The notes beneath the pieces were generated by a model. It was not told the origin of the DNA and searched no databases. It was given only the letters and a program-made list of their open reading frames with translations. A program made the position numbers and the translations under genes. This document shows, in pieces, positions 18,208 to 28,898 of a stretch of 64,000 nt of DNA. Every line of letters begins with the position of its first letter. Position 1 is the stretch's first letter. Origin of the DNA: an uncultured Gammaproteobacteria bacterium (lineage in GTDB: Bacteria > Pseudomonadota > Gammaproteobacteria > Arenicellales > Poriferihabitantaceae); the NCBI GenBank assembly GCA_937992195.1, contig CALKKV010000017.1:20086-84085 (forward strand). Direction: 5' to 3'.

Positions 18208-19794
18208 TTACTTTACGACAGGCTGATCACTAAACGAGTGGTAGGGTGGAGGTGAAGACAGCGTCCACTCCAAGCCTTCTGCTCCTTCCCATACCTGATC
18301 CGTGGCTTTCTTACCGCCTTTAACGCATTTCACAAGAACGACGACAAAGATAAGTTGAGAGAAACCAAACCCGAATGCGCCGATGGTAGAAATCGCGTTG
18401 AAGTCCGCAAATTGTACGGCATAGTCTGGAATACGACGTGGCATCCCAGCAAGACCAACAAAGTGCATTGGGAAGAACAGCAGGTTCACAAAGATTGTTG
18501 AGATCCAGAAATGCGCTTTACCCAACTTTTCGTCATACATATTGCCGGTCCACTTTGGTATCCAGTAGTAAACCGCGGCAACAATACCGAAGATAGCGCC
18601 AGGCACGAGAACATAGTGGAAATGCGCAACAACGAAATAGGTATCATGGTACTGGAAATCAACCGGGGCTAACGCCAGCATAACGCCGGAGAATCCACCG
18701 ATAGTAAACATAATGACAAAACCGAGGGCAAACAGCATTGGGGTTTCAAATGTCATCGCCCCGCCCCACATTGTCGCTACCCAGTTAAACACTTTCACTC
18801 CGGTAGGCACCGCGATCAACATCGTGGCGAACATAAAGAACAACTCACCGGACAGCGGCATACCCACGGTGAACATGTGGTGCGCCCATACGATAAACGA
18901 CAACAGTGCGATTGAAGAGGTGGCGTAAACCATGGAAGCATAGCCAAACAACTTCTTACGCGAGAAAGTTGGAATGATCTCGGAAACAATACCGAACGAC
19001 GGCAGAATCAGGATGTATACCTCAGGATGACCGAAGAACCAGAAAATATGCTGGAACATAACCGGGTCACCACCACCGGCAGCGCTGAAAAAGGCTGTGC
19101 CAAAAAACTTATCGGTCAATAACATGGTAACCGCGCCCGCAAGCACCGGCATAACCGCAATCAGAAGGTAGGCGGTAATAAACCAGGTCCAAACAAACAG
19201 CGGCATCTTCATAAACGTCATGCCTGGAGCACGCAAGTTCATGATGGTAGCGACAATATTAATCGCACCCATAATCGAAGATATACCGAGGATATGGATC
19301 GAGAAAATCAGAAATGGAAATCCATTACCGCCCTGCAATGACAGGGGTGGATAAAGTGTCCAGCCACCTGCTGGTCCGCCGCCATCCATAAAAAGGGTGG
19401 ACAGCATCATGCTGAAGCCGAACGGCAAAATCCAAAAGCTCCAGTTATTCATTCGCGGTAACGCCATATCGGGCGCACCAATCATGATCGGCACCATCCA
19501 GTTTGCTAAACCGACAAACGCTGGCATTACCACGCCGAAAATCATAATCAGCGCGTGCATGGTGGTCATCTGGTTGAAGAAGTGCGGGTCGACAACCTGG
19601 AGGCCGGGCTGGAATAACTCAGCTCGAATGATCAAAGCCATAAAACCGCCGATAAAAAACATAATCAGCGAAAACCACAAATACAGCGTGCCGATGTCTT
19701 TGTGGTTTGTGGTGGTCACCCAACGCAACAAGCCTGGTGCTGGCCCATGGTGGTGGTCGTCATGATGATCTGTATCAGTCAATGCTGCATTCAT
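18208..19794 (-). CDS. coxA: Cytochrome c oxidase subunit I, type A1
   Basis: [34 protein letters not shown]. Confidence 0.99.
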   Translation of the reverse strand: MNAALTDTDHHDDHHHGPAPGLLRWVTTTNHKDIGTLYLWFSLIMFFIGGFMALIIRAELFQPGLQVVDPHFFNQMTTMHALIMIFGVVMPAFVGLANWMVPIMIGAPDMALPRMNNWSFWILPFGFSMMLSTLFMDGGGPAGGWTLYPPLSLQGGNGFPFLIFSIHILGISSIMGAINIVATIMNLRAPGMTFMKMPLFVWTWFITAYLLIAVMPVLAGAVTMLLTDKFFGTAFFSAAGGGDPVMFQHIFWFFGHPEVYILILPSFGIVSEIIPTFSRKKLFGYASMVYATSSIALLSFIVWAHHMFTVGMPLSGELFFMFATMLIAVPTGVKVFNWVATMWGGAMTFETPMLFALGFVIMFTIGGFSGVMLALAPVDFQYHDTYFVVAHFHYVLVPGAIFGIVAAVYYWIPKWTGNMYDEKLGKAHFWISTIFVNLLFFPMHFVGLAGMPRRIPDYAVQFADFNAISTIGAFGFGFSQLIFVVVLVKCVKGGKKATDQVWEGAEGLEWTLSSPPPYHSFSDQPVVK

Positions 19795-19827
19795 CTGTTA
19801 ATCCTCGAAACTTAAATAGCTAATCTT

Positions 19828-20658
19828 TTAATTGGTGGTGGCGAGCTGCTGACCCGATTCCTTGGATTCAATCTGGCTTGCCAACCATTGATTGAATTCG
19901 GATTTCTCAACCACTTCCACCACTACCGGCATAAAACCATGGTCGCGTCCGCATAATTCGGTGCATTGACCGCGGTAGGTACCGGTTTCATTGACTTTGG
20001 TCCACATGGTGTTGATAAAGCCCGGTATCGCATCTTTCTTGATTGCAAAATCAGGAATCCACCAGGAATGAATAACATCATTGGCGGTCAATAAAAACCG
20101 AACCTTGGTGTCTACTGGAATTACCAGCGGCTTATCCACATCGAGCAAATAGTTTTCAACGGTATTGACATCAATGTCAGATCCGATCACGCGGGCCTGG
20201 CGACTTTCTTCTGCCAGGGTGCTGAAAAAGCTCACTCCGGAATCTGGATATTCGTATTCCCACTTCCACTGGTATCCGGTGATCTTGATCGTTAGCTCAG
20301 AGTTACTGTCGTCTTCTTGTTCAATCAGGGTATACGCTGCAGGAATGGCCAATACGATCAAGATAATAAATGGAATAACGGTCCAGACAATTTCCACCGC
20401 GGTACTTTCATGGAATGTTGCCGGTGTAACGCCTTTAGATTTTCGGTGTTTTATGATGCTGTAAGTCATCGCACCAAATACAGCTAACGCCACAACACAC
20501 ATGATCCAAAACGCCAGCATGTGCATTTCAAATACCTTGTGACTGATATCGGTTACTCCCCTGGGCAAGTTATAGCCCCATTCCGCCAGTGCTGCTGGCG
20601 ATACCAGAAACGCACTTAGAAGCGCGATCGACGCCAGCGCTTTGATCAATACTCTCAT
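19828..20658 (-). CDS. coxB: Cytochrome c oxidase subunit II, no fused cytochrome c
   Basis: YQWKW, DVIHSW, CuA motif CTELCGRDHGFM. Confidence 0.98.
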   Translation of the reverse strand: MRVLIKALASIALLSAFLVSPAALAEWGYNLPRGVTDISHKVFEMHMLAFWIMCVVALAVFGAMTYSIIKHRKSKGVTPATFHESTAVEIVWTVIPFIILIVLAIPAAYTLIEQEDDSNSELTIKITGYQWKWEYEYPDSGVSFFSTLAEESRQARVIGSDIDVNTVENYLLDVDKPLVIPVDTKVRFLLTANDVIHSWWIPDFAIKKDAIPGFINTMWTKVNETGTYRGQCTELCGRDHGFMPVVVEVVEKSEFNQWLASQIESKESGQQLATTN

Positions 20659-20972
20659 TGGAAATCTAAACCCTAAAATTTTAAAACTAATTAAACTGCT
20701 CTGCCTTCGCGCTCGGCAAGGGCGGTAATTTGTTCCGGCACCTGTAAATTTCTTAACGGGAAGGTTTTCCGCTAACCACCCCCAAAATCAGACAAATCGA
20801 CAAATCGTGCCAATCAAGCGAAGCTACGCATTTATGCCGAATTTTCGCGCTCCGATTATAGCCAACTCACTCGCAACATTACATAAAATTGTTGGCGTAA
20901 GTACCTCATTCTGCGCTATTCGTGAGGCATTCTGCATCGCAGAGGGTGCTACGGGCGCTTGCGAGCGCCAAG

Positions 20973-21224
20973 TTAACCAACGCCAGCCGGCGCAGTCGCT
21001 AACATATACTGCACTGCGCCAAGTACTGCAGCCATAAAAAGCAGCAAAAGAATGATGCCTGCGATCAGGAAATGCACGAATTTTCCACTAGAGAAGTCGC
21101 GCTCGCGGTTTTTATTGCTCTGCACCCCAAAGAAGGCCGCAAATACGCTTTTCATGACATTGACGAAACCAATACCCTCAGTTTCCCCAGTCTCACCTTC
21201 TCGGCTGTTTGTTTGCTCTTCCAT
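20973..21224 (-). CDS. DUF2970-like small membrane protein; start moved to MEEQ
   Basis: SVFAAFFGVQSNKNRERDF followed by a TM helix. Confidence 0.85.
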   Translation of the reverse strand: MEEQTNSREGETGETEGIGFVNVMKSVFAAFFGVQSNKNRERDFSSGKFVHFLIAGIILLLLFMAAVLGAVQYMLATAPAGVG

Positions 21225-21268
21225 TGTTTGCCTTAGTCGTCTATCAATCCTGCGAATCAGCCCGCAAC

Positions 21269-22177
21269 TTAATTCAAAAACCAAGCGCGAATCGCGATAC
21301 GCGCATAGTGATCCACAAGGAAAAAACCAAACAGGGCACTGAGATAAAATATCGAATAGCCAAAGGTCTTCATCGCGAATTCGTCACCCTCCCCACGGTA
21401 GAGTTTCATCGCGTAGTAAACGAAGCCGATGCCAAGGGATATCGCTCCCGCTAGATAAATTGTGCCACTCATTTTTATGAGGAAAGGCATGATCGTAATC
21501 ACCACCAGCAAAATCGTGTACAGCAACACATGGAGCTTGGTAAAGGCAATCCCGTGGGTCACAGGTAACATCGGAACCCCTGCTTTGGCATAGTCGTCGC
21601 GGCGCTTGATTGCCAGCGCCCAGAAATGTGGCGGCGTCCAGATAAAAATAATCAAAAACAGCAGCAGAGCTTCACTATGGAGCTCACCGGTTACCGCGGT
21701 CCAGCCGAGCACCGGCGGCGCGGCGCCCGCAGCACCGCCCAATACGATATTCTGCGGTGTCGAACGCTTGAGAAACATGGTGTAAATCACCGCATAGCCA
21801 ATCATTGAGGCCAGGGTCAGAGCAGCCGTTATCAGGTTGACAAAGGTCAGCAAAATAACCATGGAAACTACCGCAAGGCTAAGGGCAAAAACCAACGCAT
21901 TATTGCCTTCGATATTGCCTTGGGGTAGTGGCCTATTGCTGGTGCGCTCCATCCGGGCGTCAATTTCCTGATCGACCCAGTGGTTGATCGCGGCCCCTGC
22001 CGACGCCGCCATTCCAATGCCGATCAGGCCCCAAAACCAGGCGTTAAAAGGAATCCAGCTCTCGGTCGACAAAAACATGCCGACCGCTGCAGTAAATACG
22101 ATTAGCGCCACCACTTTGGGCTTACACAGCTCAAAATAGTCGCGCCAGTTCAGGCGTGCCGCAGTAATCTCAAGCAT
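21269..22177 (-). CDS. cyoE: Protoheme IX farnesyltransferase (heme O synthase); start moved to MLEIT
   Basis: ELCKPKV, DARMERTSNRPL, WTPPHFWALA, PMLPV. Confidence 0.96.
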   Translation of the reverse strand: MLEITAARLNWRDYFELCKPKVVALIVFTAAVGMFLSTESWIPFNAWFWGLIGIGMAASAGAAINHWVDQEIDARMERTSNRPLPQGNIEGNNALVFALSLAVVSMVILLTFVNLITAALTLASMIGYAVIYTMFLKRSTPQNIVLGGAAGAAPPVLGWTAVTGELHSEALLLFLIIFIWTPPHFWALAIKRRDDYAKAGVPMLPVTHGIAFTKLHVLLYTILLVVITIMPFLIKMSGTIYLAGAISLGIGFVYYAMKLYRGEGDEFAMKTFGYSIFYLSALFGFFLVDHYARIAIRAWFLN

Positions 22178-22688
22178 TGGGCATAGTCTCAACATGGCGC
22201 TGCATGATAATTGCCTGTCGGATAGCGTCCGCCAGTCCACTGCGTTCCTCATCAGTTAAGCACTGGCCAATTTCTACCCAACGACCGGAAGAACCTAACA
22301 GTAGTCGATGGGGATACCAGCGATGGTTAGGTTTTCTCAAATCCACCTGTGACCAATAAAGCGGAAACGACCACTCTGCATCCTTATTTCTCTCTATATG
22401 GGCGATTGTCACTTTATTGTTTGCGATCGATACTTTCTCAATATAACAGGCCCGCTTCTTTACCAATTGAACCATTACAACCAAAAAACCCAACTCAAGC
22501 AGGGTGAAGGGCAGTACCATCCAGAAACCCAGCCAAGCCAGGCGCAACGCAATGATCATACTCACCAAAACCAGCACGCCAAGAAACCACGGCCAACTTC
22601 GGCAAGGGTAAGAAGCATTCGGTCTGATGGTAAATTCGGTAGCTTGTTGTTCCACTGCTCTGAACTGGGGCTTTACGTGGGATTCCAA
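22170..22688 (-). CDS. DUF2244-like membrane protein
   Basis: IRPNAS, GFWMVLPFTLLE, VEIGQCLTDEER. Confidence 0.8.
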   Translation of the reverse strand: MESHVKPQFRAVEQQATEFTIRPNASYPCRSWPWFLGVLVLVSMIIALRLAWLGFWMVLPFTLLELGFLVVMVQLVKKRACYIEKVSIANNKVTIAHIERNKDAEWSFPLYWSQVDLRKPNHRWYPHRLLLGSSGRWVEIGQCLTDEERSGLADAIRQAIIMQRHVETMPNA

Positions 22689-22804
22689 TCGGGCGCGGAG
22701 TGTATCAAAACCAAACGCCGGATTTATAGTTATCTGTTAGTGTATCAAATTGAGCCGACTCCTTAGCCAGAATACAATTTCAATCGCTTATTTCTCTGAT
22801 CGCC

Positions 22805-23758
22805 ATGCAAAATACCTCTAATAATTCCCGAACCAAAGTTCTGGTCAAGTCCGATTTTGACCGCTATGCGGAGTGGGAGCTGTATTTTGGGCGATTCAAC
22901 ATCGACATTGTGCGATGGGAGGACCGCCAGGAACACCTGCAAACGTTGCGTTTCGCCTTGGTATGGCAGCCTGAACCAGGAAGCCTGGCTGAGCTACCTG
23001 CCCTTGAGGTGATTTTTTCAATCGGCGCCGGGGTTGACCATCTCAAAGGGGAGAATATCGTCCCTGAAGGCATTCCAATCGTTCGCATGGTTCAGGACTC
23101 ACTGACATCGGGTATGGTGGAGTATATCTGCTATCAAATACTCGCTCTCCACCGAGACATGTACCAGTATGCGCGGGATCAAAAGGCAGCGGTATGGAAG
23201 CCGGTTACCTACGCGCTGCCCAAGGAACGTACCATTGGCATTCTTGGGTTAGGCGTCCTCGGTAGCGCGGTGGGGCGGGCGCTGCAACAATTTGGCTTTA
23301 ATATTATTGGCTGGAGTCGCAGCGAAAAATCTATCGACAATATTCAATCCTATTATGGCGACGCTCAGCTGGAAGCATTCCTCGAAAAAACCGATTACCT
23401 GGTTTGCTTGCTACCAAATACCCTTGAAACTACAGGCATATTGAACCAAAAGACGCTTTCTACTTTGCCAAAGGGAGCCTATGTGATTAACGCTGGCCGC
23501 GGAACCGCAGTGGTGGATAATGACTTGATTGCAGCACTGCAATCCGGACATATTGCCGGCGCAGCGCTCGACGTTTTCAATCTTGAGCCGCTGTCATCCG
23601 ATCATCCCTACTGGCAAATGGAGAATGTGTTTATTACCCCGCATATTGCCAGCATGACCCATCCCGAAGGTAGTGCGGCCCATGTTGCGCAGAATATCGG
23701 TCGCTATCTCGAAGGAAAGCCCCTCACCCATCTGGCGGATCTCAAGCGGGGTTATTAA
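22805..23758 (+). CDS. ghrA: Glyoxylate/hydroxypyruvate reductase A (D-2-hydroxyacid dehydrogenase)
   Basis: GAGVDH, GLGVLG, INAGRG, LDVF, TPHIAS. Confidence 0.85.
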   Translation: MQNTSNNSRTKVLVKSDFDRYAEWELYFGRFNIDIVRWEDRQEHLQTLRFALVWQPEPGSLAELPALEVIFSIGAGVDHLKGENIVPEGIPIVRMVQDSLTSGMVEYICYQILALHRDMYQYARDQKAAVWKPVTYALPKERTIGILGLGVLGSAVGRALQQFGFNIIGWSRSEKSIDNIQSYYGDAQLEAFLEKTDYLVCLLPNTLETTGILNQKTLSTLPKGAYVINAGRGTAVVDNDLIAALQSGHIAGAALDVFNLEPLSSDHPYWQMENVFITPHIASMTHPEGSAAHVAQNIGRYLEGKPLTHLADLKRGY

Positions 23759-23759
23759 C

Positions 23760-24098
23760 TTGATAGACTTGCAGCACTTCCAAAAACGCATTCACCAACG
23801 GCTTGCTGAAATTGCGCAATCTGCAGACAGCAAAGAAACTGAATCAGTGGAACTGGACCAAACCAGGGTAGGGCGACTGTCGAGAATGGATGCCATGCAG
23901 ATGCAGCAAATGGAACTAGCGCTATCTCGTCGCCTCAGCCGGGAAACAGCGGCGCTTGGCCATGCGCTGGAACGAATCGAAAGTGAAGAGTTTGGAGAAT
24001 GCTTCGAATGTGGAGAGGAAATTAACCCAAAGCGATTAGAAATTGATCTTTCCGCGACGCTTTGTATCCGCTGCGCTGAAAAAAGAGAATCCCACTAG
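23760..24098 (+). CDS. TraR/DksA C4 zinc-finger protein; TTG start just after the ghrA stop
   Basis: LDQTRVGRLSRMDAMQ, CFEC...CIRC. Confidence 0.88.
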   Translation: MIDLQHFQKRIHQRLAEIAQSADSKETESVELDQTRVGRLSRMDAMQMQQMELALSRRLSRETAALGHALERIESEEFGECFECGEEINPKRLEIDLSATLCIRCAEKRESH

Positions 24099-24156
24099 CC
24101 CATGGAAGGCACCATACCGCATACTGGCACGAGACCCGCAAACTCGGATAATCTCA

Positions 24157-24185
24157 GGAACTTAGATCTGTCCAAACAAGTCTAT
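24157..24185 (+). promoter_or_regulatory. Putative ECF (sigmaE/AlgU-type) promoter for msrA
   Basis: GGAACTT-N16-GTCTA, ending about 33 nt before the msrA ATG. Confidence 0.55.
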
Positions 24186-24217
24186 GTCATATACTGCAAC
24201 TGACAGGAGCAAAAACT

Positions 24218-24850
24218 ATGTTTTTTAGTCGCAAACCTGCCGCCTTACCGAGCGCGGAAGAAGCGTTACCCGGCCGCACGGACGAAGTCCAGCTGTCCAA
24301 CAAGCACTGTGTCAACGGCAACACCCTGACCGCACCATTTCCAGAGGGGCTTGAAGTCGCTTATTTCGGATTGGGTTGTTTTTGGGGCGCTGAAAGGCGG
24401 TTCTGGGAACAAGCAGGCGTTTTTACAACCGCCGTGGGATACGCTGGTGGACACACTATGAATGCTTCCTATCGCGAAGTTTGTTCTGGCATGACCGGTC
24501 ATACTGAAGCGGTTCTGGTTGTATACGACCCGCAAACCACGAGCTACGCAAACCTGCTGACGCTGTTCTTCGAATCCCATGATCCTACTCAAGGCATGGC
24601 TCAGGGTAACGATAAGGGGAGCCAGTATCGATCTGCGATTTATACGACTTCTGAACAACAAATGGCAGCAGCAACCGAAGCTTTGAAGCAGTATGAGAAA
24701 AAATTATCTGCTGCCGGCTTTGGCCCAATCACCACTGAGCTGAAGCCAATCGATCATTTTTATTATGCCGAAGAAGACCACCAGCAATATTTGGCGAAGA
24801 ACCCGCACGGCTATTGTGGCCTCAAAGGAACAGGGGTCAGCTGCGCATAG
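24218..24850 (+). CDS. msrA: Peptide-methionine (S)-S-oxide reductase
   Basis: [39 protein letters not shown]. Confidence 0.98.
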   Translation: MFFSRKPAALPSAEEALPGRTDEVQLSNKHCVNGNTLTAPFPEGLEVAYFGLGCFWGAERRFWEQAGVFTTAVGYAGGHTMNASYREVCSGMTGHTEAVLVVYDPQTTSYANLLTLFFESHDPTQGMAQGNDKGSQYRSAIYTTSEQQMAAATEALKQYEKKLSAAGFGPITTELKPIDHFYYAEEDHQQYLAKNPHGYCGLKGTGVSCA

Positions 24851-24868
24851 CATCGCACATCACTTTGT

Positions 24869-26005
24869 CTACCCGCCCATTTGGTTTGCATACCAACAGG
24901 CAAAGTGACCAACGCATGGTTCCAGTGCCGAAAAGCGCCCTTGCTTAGCCAAGGGCGAATTCAAACCCTGCTGTTGTGCTTCTAAAAATGGCAAGTCCTC
25001 GGCAATCGCCTCATCAATACGGTCGTAGTAGCGCTGGGCCTTTTGCTCAAAATCAGCAAGGGTAATACTAGCGCCGGGAAAACAGATCGTCTGTACTACG
25101 TGACAGCAATCCGCGGTTAGCGGATACACCTCATACATCCATAGCGAATCCGAACAAGCCGCAAAAGTCATATTTGGATAGGCCCAGGTATACCGGGTTC
25201 CCTGCTGATCGCGCTCTTTTAATGTCGAAATTGTTGGCAAAGCATGATCTTGCGCTTGCTCCATTAAAGCGGCCGTGCCTCTTGTGATACCAAACTGGGT
25301 GGCAAACTCGCCTATTACCGCATCCGATTCATCCGGCTCATGATACAAACCATCGAGAGAATTGGGGTGAACAAAAGGCAGGTGGTAGTACTCATTGAAC
25401 ACTTCGATAAACGTTTTCCAATTGCAGTTGACATCAAATTTATTGACACGCGCGGTTGCCAACTCAGACAAGCTCCACGGCGAGTGCACATCTTCAAAAT
25501 CAGCCAGCCAGTCTTGCAAAGAAGATTGTTCAGGATCGAAACACACAAATACGAAACCATCAGCTTGCTCAAGACGAATCGTTGCCAAACCGTATTCAGA
25601 CTGTTGAAAACCAACCTCTGACTGCGCACAGTTTTCCATTCTCGGCGCCGATACCAATTCGCCATCTAAGGAATATGTCCAGGCATGAAACGGACACACC
25701 AATTGCCGACAGTTACCTTCACCTGTCTTTAATTTCATGCCACGATGGCTGCAGGTATTCGCTAAAGCATGCAGCTCTCCTACATCGTCCATGGTCACAA
25801 CAATTGGCACGCCCGCTAAATCAATACAAATATAATCTCCGGGTTTTTTCCAGCGATCTCTTCGACCAACCGACACCCAAGAACGGCCAAAGATTATTTC
25901 TTGTTCTTTTTTTAACCAATCACTGCTGGTATAGCAACGAGGAGGCAAAGTCGCTGATGACGATATCGGCTGTTTTACCTTTGCTAGCTGAGCTTCAATA
26001 TTCAT
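24869..26005 (-). CDS. Rieske non-heme iron oxygenase alpha subunit, choline monooxygenase-like
   Basis: CSHRG...CPFHAW Rieske site, NWK, EYYHLPFVH, EDLPFLEAQQQGL. Confidence 0.9.
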   Translation of the reverse strand: MNIEAQLAKVKQPISSSATLPPRCYTSSDWLKKEQEIIFGRSWVSVGRRDRWKKPGDYICIDLAGVPIVVTMDDVGELHALANTCSHRGMKLKTGEGNCRQLVCPFHAWTYSLDGELVSAPRMENCAQSEVGFQQSEYGLATIRLEQADGFVFVCFDPEQSSLQDWLADFEDVHSPWSLSELATARVNKFDVNCNWKTFIEVFNEYYHLPFVHPNSLDGLYHEPDESDAVIGEFATQFGITRGTAALMEQAQDHALPTISTLKERDQQGTRYTWAYPNMTFAACSDSLWMYEVYPLTADCCHVVQTICFPGASITLADFEQKAQRYYDRIDEAIAEDLPFLEAQQQGLNSPLAKQGRFSALEPCVGHFACWYANQMGG

Positions 26006-26009
26006 CGCA

Positions 26010-26603
26010 CTACATCCAAACAGTTATCACATAAATAATGTAAGAAATGTACAACAAATTCGTTGTCACGAGTGTTGCCTTTAATCGACCATAGTGGCTC
26101 GGTCTTGCTATCTGGTTCCCTGCCACTCGCCACAACCAAATCGATAGAAGCACAACTAAAACTATTTCGATCTTACTGACAATATCACCGTAGTGCGATG
26201 GATCCCAGTACGATACCGGGCTCACAAAACGCCATTGCAAAAATGGATAGAAGTGACGATGTGCGTCGTCGTGATGGACCAGAAGATCTAGTACGCAGTG
26301 ACACAACATACTGGCAAACATACAAATCAAGAAAGCATTTTTTCGCCAGCAAAAAAAACACAAAGCGATGGCGATCAGTGGAATGGAGTTGGGTAGATCA
26401 AACACCGCCTGCCAGTTATCCTGGTAATAGTGCTGTGACCAGATCGCCGATTCCGTTGCGCCAATAAGCTTGTGCCAGGCGTAGAAAACAATCATCGCAA
26501 GATCCGGTAATACAGCCCCGACAACAATGGCAAGCGGGTAGCTACCGGCTCTGGTTGGACCCAGTGCCGCGAGACTGAAAACGATATGTGCTGGTGTGTT
26601 CAC
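26010..26603 (-). CDS. Membrane-bound metal-dependent hydrolase-like protein; start moved to GTG (MNTPAH)
   Basis: TPAH, GAVLPD, HCVLD, HHDDAHRHF, SPVSYWD plus TM helices. Confidence 0.7.
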   Translation of the reverse strand: MNTPAHIVFSLAALGPTRAGSYPLAIVVGAVLPDLAMIVFYAWHKLIGATESAIWSQHYYQDNWQAVFDLPNSIPLIAIALCFFCWRKNAFLICMFASMLCHCVLDLLVHHDDAHRHFYPFLQWRFVSPVSYWDPSHYGDIVSKIEIVLVVLLSIWLWRVAGNQIARPSHYGRLKATLVTTNLLYISYIIYVITVWM

Positions 26604-26687
26604 AATAAAGTGGCAGGATGTCTGGAGCACGTCCGCACATTGTGCCACACTTGCCAGCCCTGAAATGTAGCGCCTTTTCTCTTAGTC

Positions 26688-27716
26688 ATGACCAACCAAA
26701 TAATCGACCTCCGTAGTGACACCGTCACCACACCAAGCAAAGCGATGCGCGATGCGATGGCGACTGCGCAAGTGGGCGACGACGTCTATGATGAGGACCA
26801 GACGGTCAAGGAACTGGAAAGAACACTGGCAAAAATGTCCGGACAGGAGGCAGGCTTGTTTTTTCCTAGCGGCACGCAAAGTAATCTAGTTGCCTTATTA
26901 ACCCACTGCCAGAGGGGCGAGGAGTTTATTGTTGGGCAGGAAGCCCATACTTACAAATACGAAGCTGGCGGCGCTGCAGTGCTCGGCAGCATTCAGCCCC
27001 AGCCTATTGAGCTTGACCCGAACGGCACAATGCCACTTGAAAAAATACAGCGTGCAATCAAGCTCGATGATTTTCATTTTGCTCGAACCCGCCTGCTAGC
27101 GCTGGAAAATACCATCGGAGGTAAAGTAATTCCGCAGACTTATATCAGTGAAGCGGGAAAGCTCGCGAGACAAAATAACTTACTGTTTCATCTCGATGGC
27201 GCGAGAGTGTTTAACGCTGCTGTCGAGCAAAATATTTCGCTGAGTGAAATCACCAAACAATTTGACTCAGTTTCAATTTGTTTGTCCAAGGGTCTTGGAG
27301 CGCCCGTTGGATCTGTACTGGTTGGCGACGAGTCTTTTCTAGCGCAAGCCAAACGCTGGCGAAAAATGGTGGGCGGAGGTATGCGGCAGGTAGGTATGCT
27401 GGCTGCGGCTGCTCTTTATGCGCTGGAACATAATATTGATAGCTTAAAAGCTGACCACCAGCTAGCGGCACAACTTGCAGAACAACTTATCGACATAGAC
27501 GGTCTTGTGGTTCAGGGGAACTGCGCCAATACCAATATGGTTTATCTTTCACCTGAAAAAGGAGATGGCACCGAGTTCCATCAATGGTGCGCAGAACGTG
27601 GGCTCAAATTTGGTGGCAGAAACCCGGCACGGCTAGTAACCCACCGACACATCACAGAACAACAGATTCAATCCGCGGCTGAAATCATTCGGTCGTATTT
27701 TGAGTCGGCAAAGTAA
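26688..27716 (+). CDS. ltaE: Low-specificity L-threonine aldolase
   Basis: DLRSDTVT, HLDGAR, CLSKGLGAPVGS, GGGMRQ. Confidence 0.96.
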   Translation: MTNQIIDLRSDTVTTPSKAMRDAMATAQVGDDVYDEDQTVKELERTLAKMSGQEAGLFFPSGTQSNLVALLTHCQRGEEFIVGQEAHTYKYEAGGAAVLGSIQPQPIELDPNGTMPLEKIQRAIKLDDFHFARTRLLALENTIGGKVIPQTYISEAGKLARQNNLLFHLDGARVFNAAVEQNISLSEITKQFDSVSICLSKGLGAPVGSVLVGDESFLAQAKRWRKMVGGGMRQVGMLAAAALYALEHNIDSLKADHQLAAQLAEQLIDIDGLVVQGNCANTNMVYLSPEKGDGTEFHQWCAERGLKFGGRNPARLVTHRHITEQQIQSAAEIIRSYFESAK

Positions 27717-27728
27717 CGGACTAAACCC

Positions 27729-28748
27729 CTAGTCCCAAACTTCCGCCGCCACAATTTCTCCAGTCTGCCTGCCCTGACTGTTGATAATCTTAGGGTTAAT
27801 CCAAGGCGCTAGTTGTTCCGTCTCTTTTTTGTCCAGCACCCCCAATCGACGCAATAAGGCGCCCAATGCCACCTCGCTGCCTCGGGTCGCACCATCGTCA
27901 ATTTTAAGCGCGAAGCCTAAACCCATTGACGGCACACAGCCAGCGTAAACAGCTTCAGCACCAGTTTTTACCACGACTTTACCGGCGGTTTTTTCTATCA
28001 CAGCAGTACAGCAGCGACCGCTGCCCGCAATCATTTCAGGATATTTTTTTACGGCATTAAGTATTCTCGTCATTGCCTGACCACGTGATGAAGAAGGCTG
28101 ATCAATCTGTGCAAATTTGGCAAGCCCTAACGCCAGACTATTCATTGGCATTTGTAAAGCAGGTAGACCACAACCGTCTTTTTCCCAGGGCTGCAAAAAT
28201 AAATCCCGCTCGAACACCTCACTCATGGTTTTAATCCACGCCTGTTGCGACGGATGGTCATACTCACTATAGCCTTTAGTTGGCCAACCCATATGGCGAC
28301 AAAGCGTCAACATCCCACTGTGTTTACCAGAGCAGTTTTGATGTACTCGTGTCGGGGTAACACCGTTGGCAATCAAGCTATGTGCGGCATTTTCACTCAG
28401 CGGCAGAGTGGGACCGCACTCTAAATCTTCACCAGTCAAATCCAATCTGTCAAGCCAACCGTTTACCGAATCAACGTGAAATGACTCAGCGTTGTGCGAC
28501 GCACATGCCAGCGCGAGCTCTTTCTCAGTGAGAGAAAATGCGTCGGCCGCTCCCGATTCAACCAGGGGGATTGCCTGCAAAAACTTAAGCGCTGATCTTG
28601 GAAAAATAGCGCGGTCGGGTTCTCCAATCTGATCCAGAATCTTGCCTTTACAATCCACCACTACCACGCTGCCTCGATGGGTTGATTCCACTTCTGTACC
28701 GCGAATCACATTAACAAGAATGGGATTGAGATGACTTTGATTACTCAT
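27729..28748 (-). CDS. L-asparaginase, Rhizobium etli AnsA (class 3) type; start moved to MSNQ
   Basis: RSALKFLQA, CASH, NCSGKH, DGCG, KTGAE, KIDDG. Confidence 0.9.
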   Translation of the reverse strand: MSNQSHLNPILVNVIRGTEVESTHRGSVVVVDCKGKILDQIGEPDRAIFPRSALKFLQAIPLVESGAADAFSLTEKELALACASHNAESFHVDSVNGWLDRLDLTGEDLECGPTLPLSENAAHSLIANGVTPTRVHQNCSGKHSGMLTLCRHMGWPTKGYSEYDHPSQQAWIKTMSEVFERDLFLQPWEKDGCGLPALQMPMNSLALGLAKFAQIDQPSSSRGQAMTRILNAVKKYPEMIAGSGRCCTAVIEKTAGKVVVKTGAEAVYAGCVPSMGLGFALKIDDGATRGSEVALGALLRRLGVLDKKETEQLAPWINPKIINSQGRQTGEIVAAEVWD

Positions 28749-28898
28749 GTTTTTTATCAGATTAGTATGTCTTAAGTATAAGTCATTGTTCGATAACCCA
28801 GCGGCTAACTCACAGCACATATCTCCTTGCGAACCAGTTTAAACAAACAACGAATGGGCGTAGACTAGCGTTCCCCGCTGAAGCCTTGATCACTACGA

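Noticed and set aside
24125-24140. Sigma54-like TGGCACG-N4-CCGCA before msrA
   Set aside because: The -12 element lacks TT, and the ECF-type match nearby fits better.
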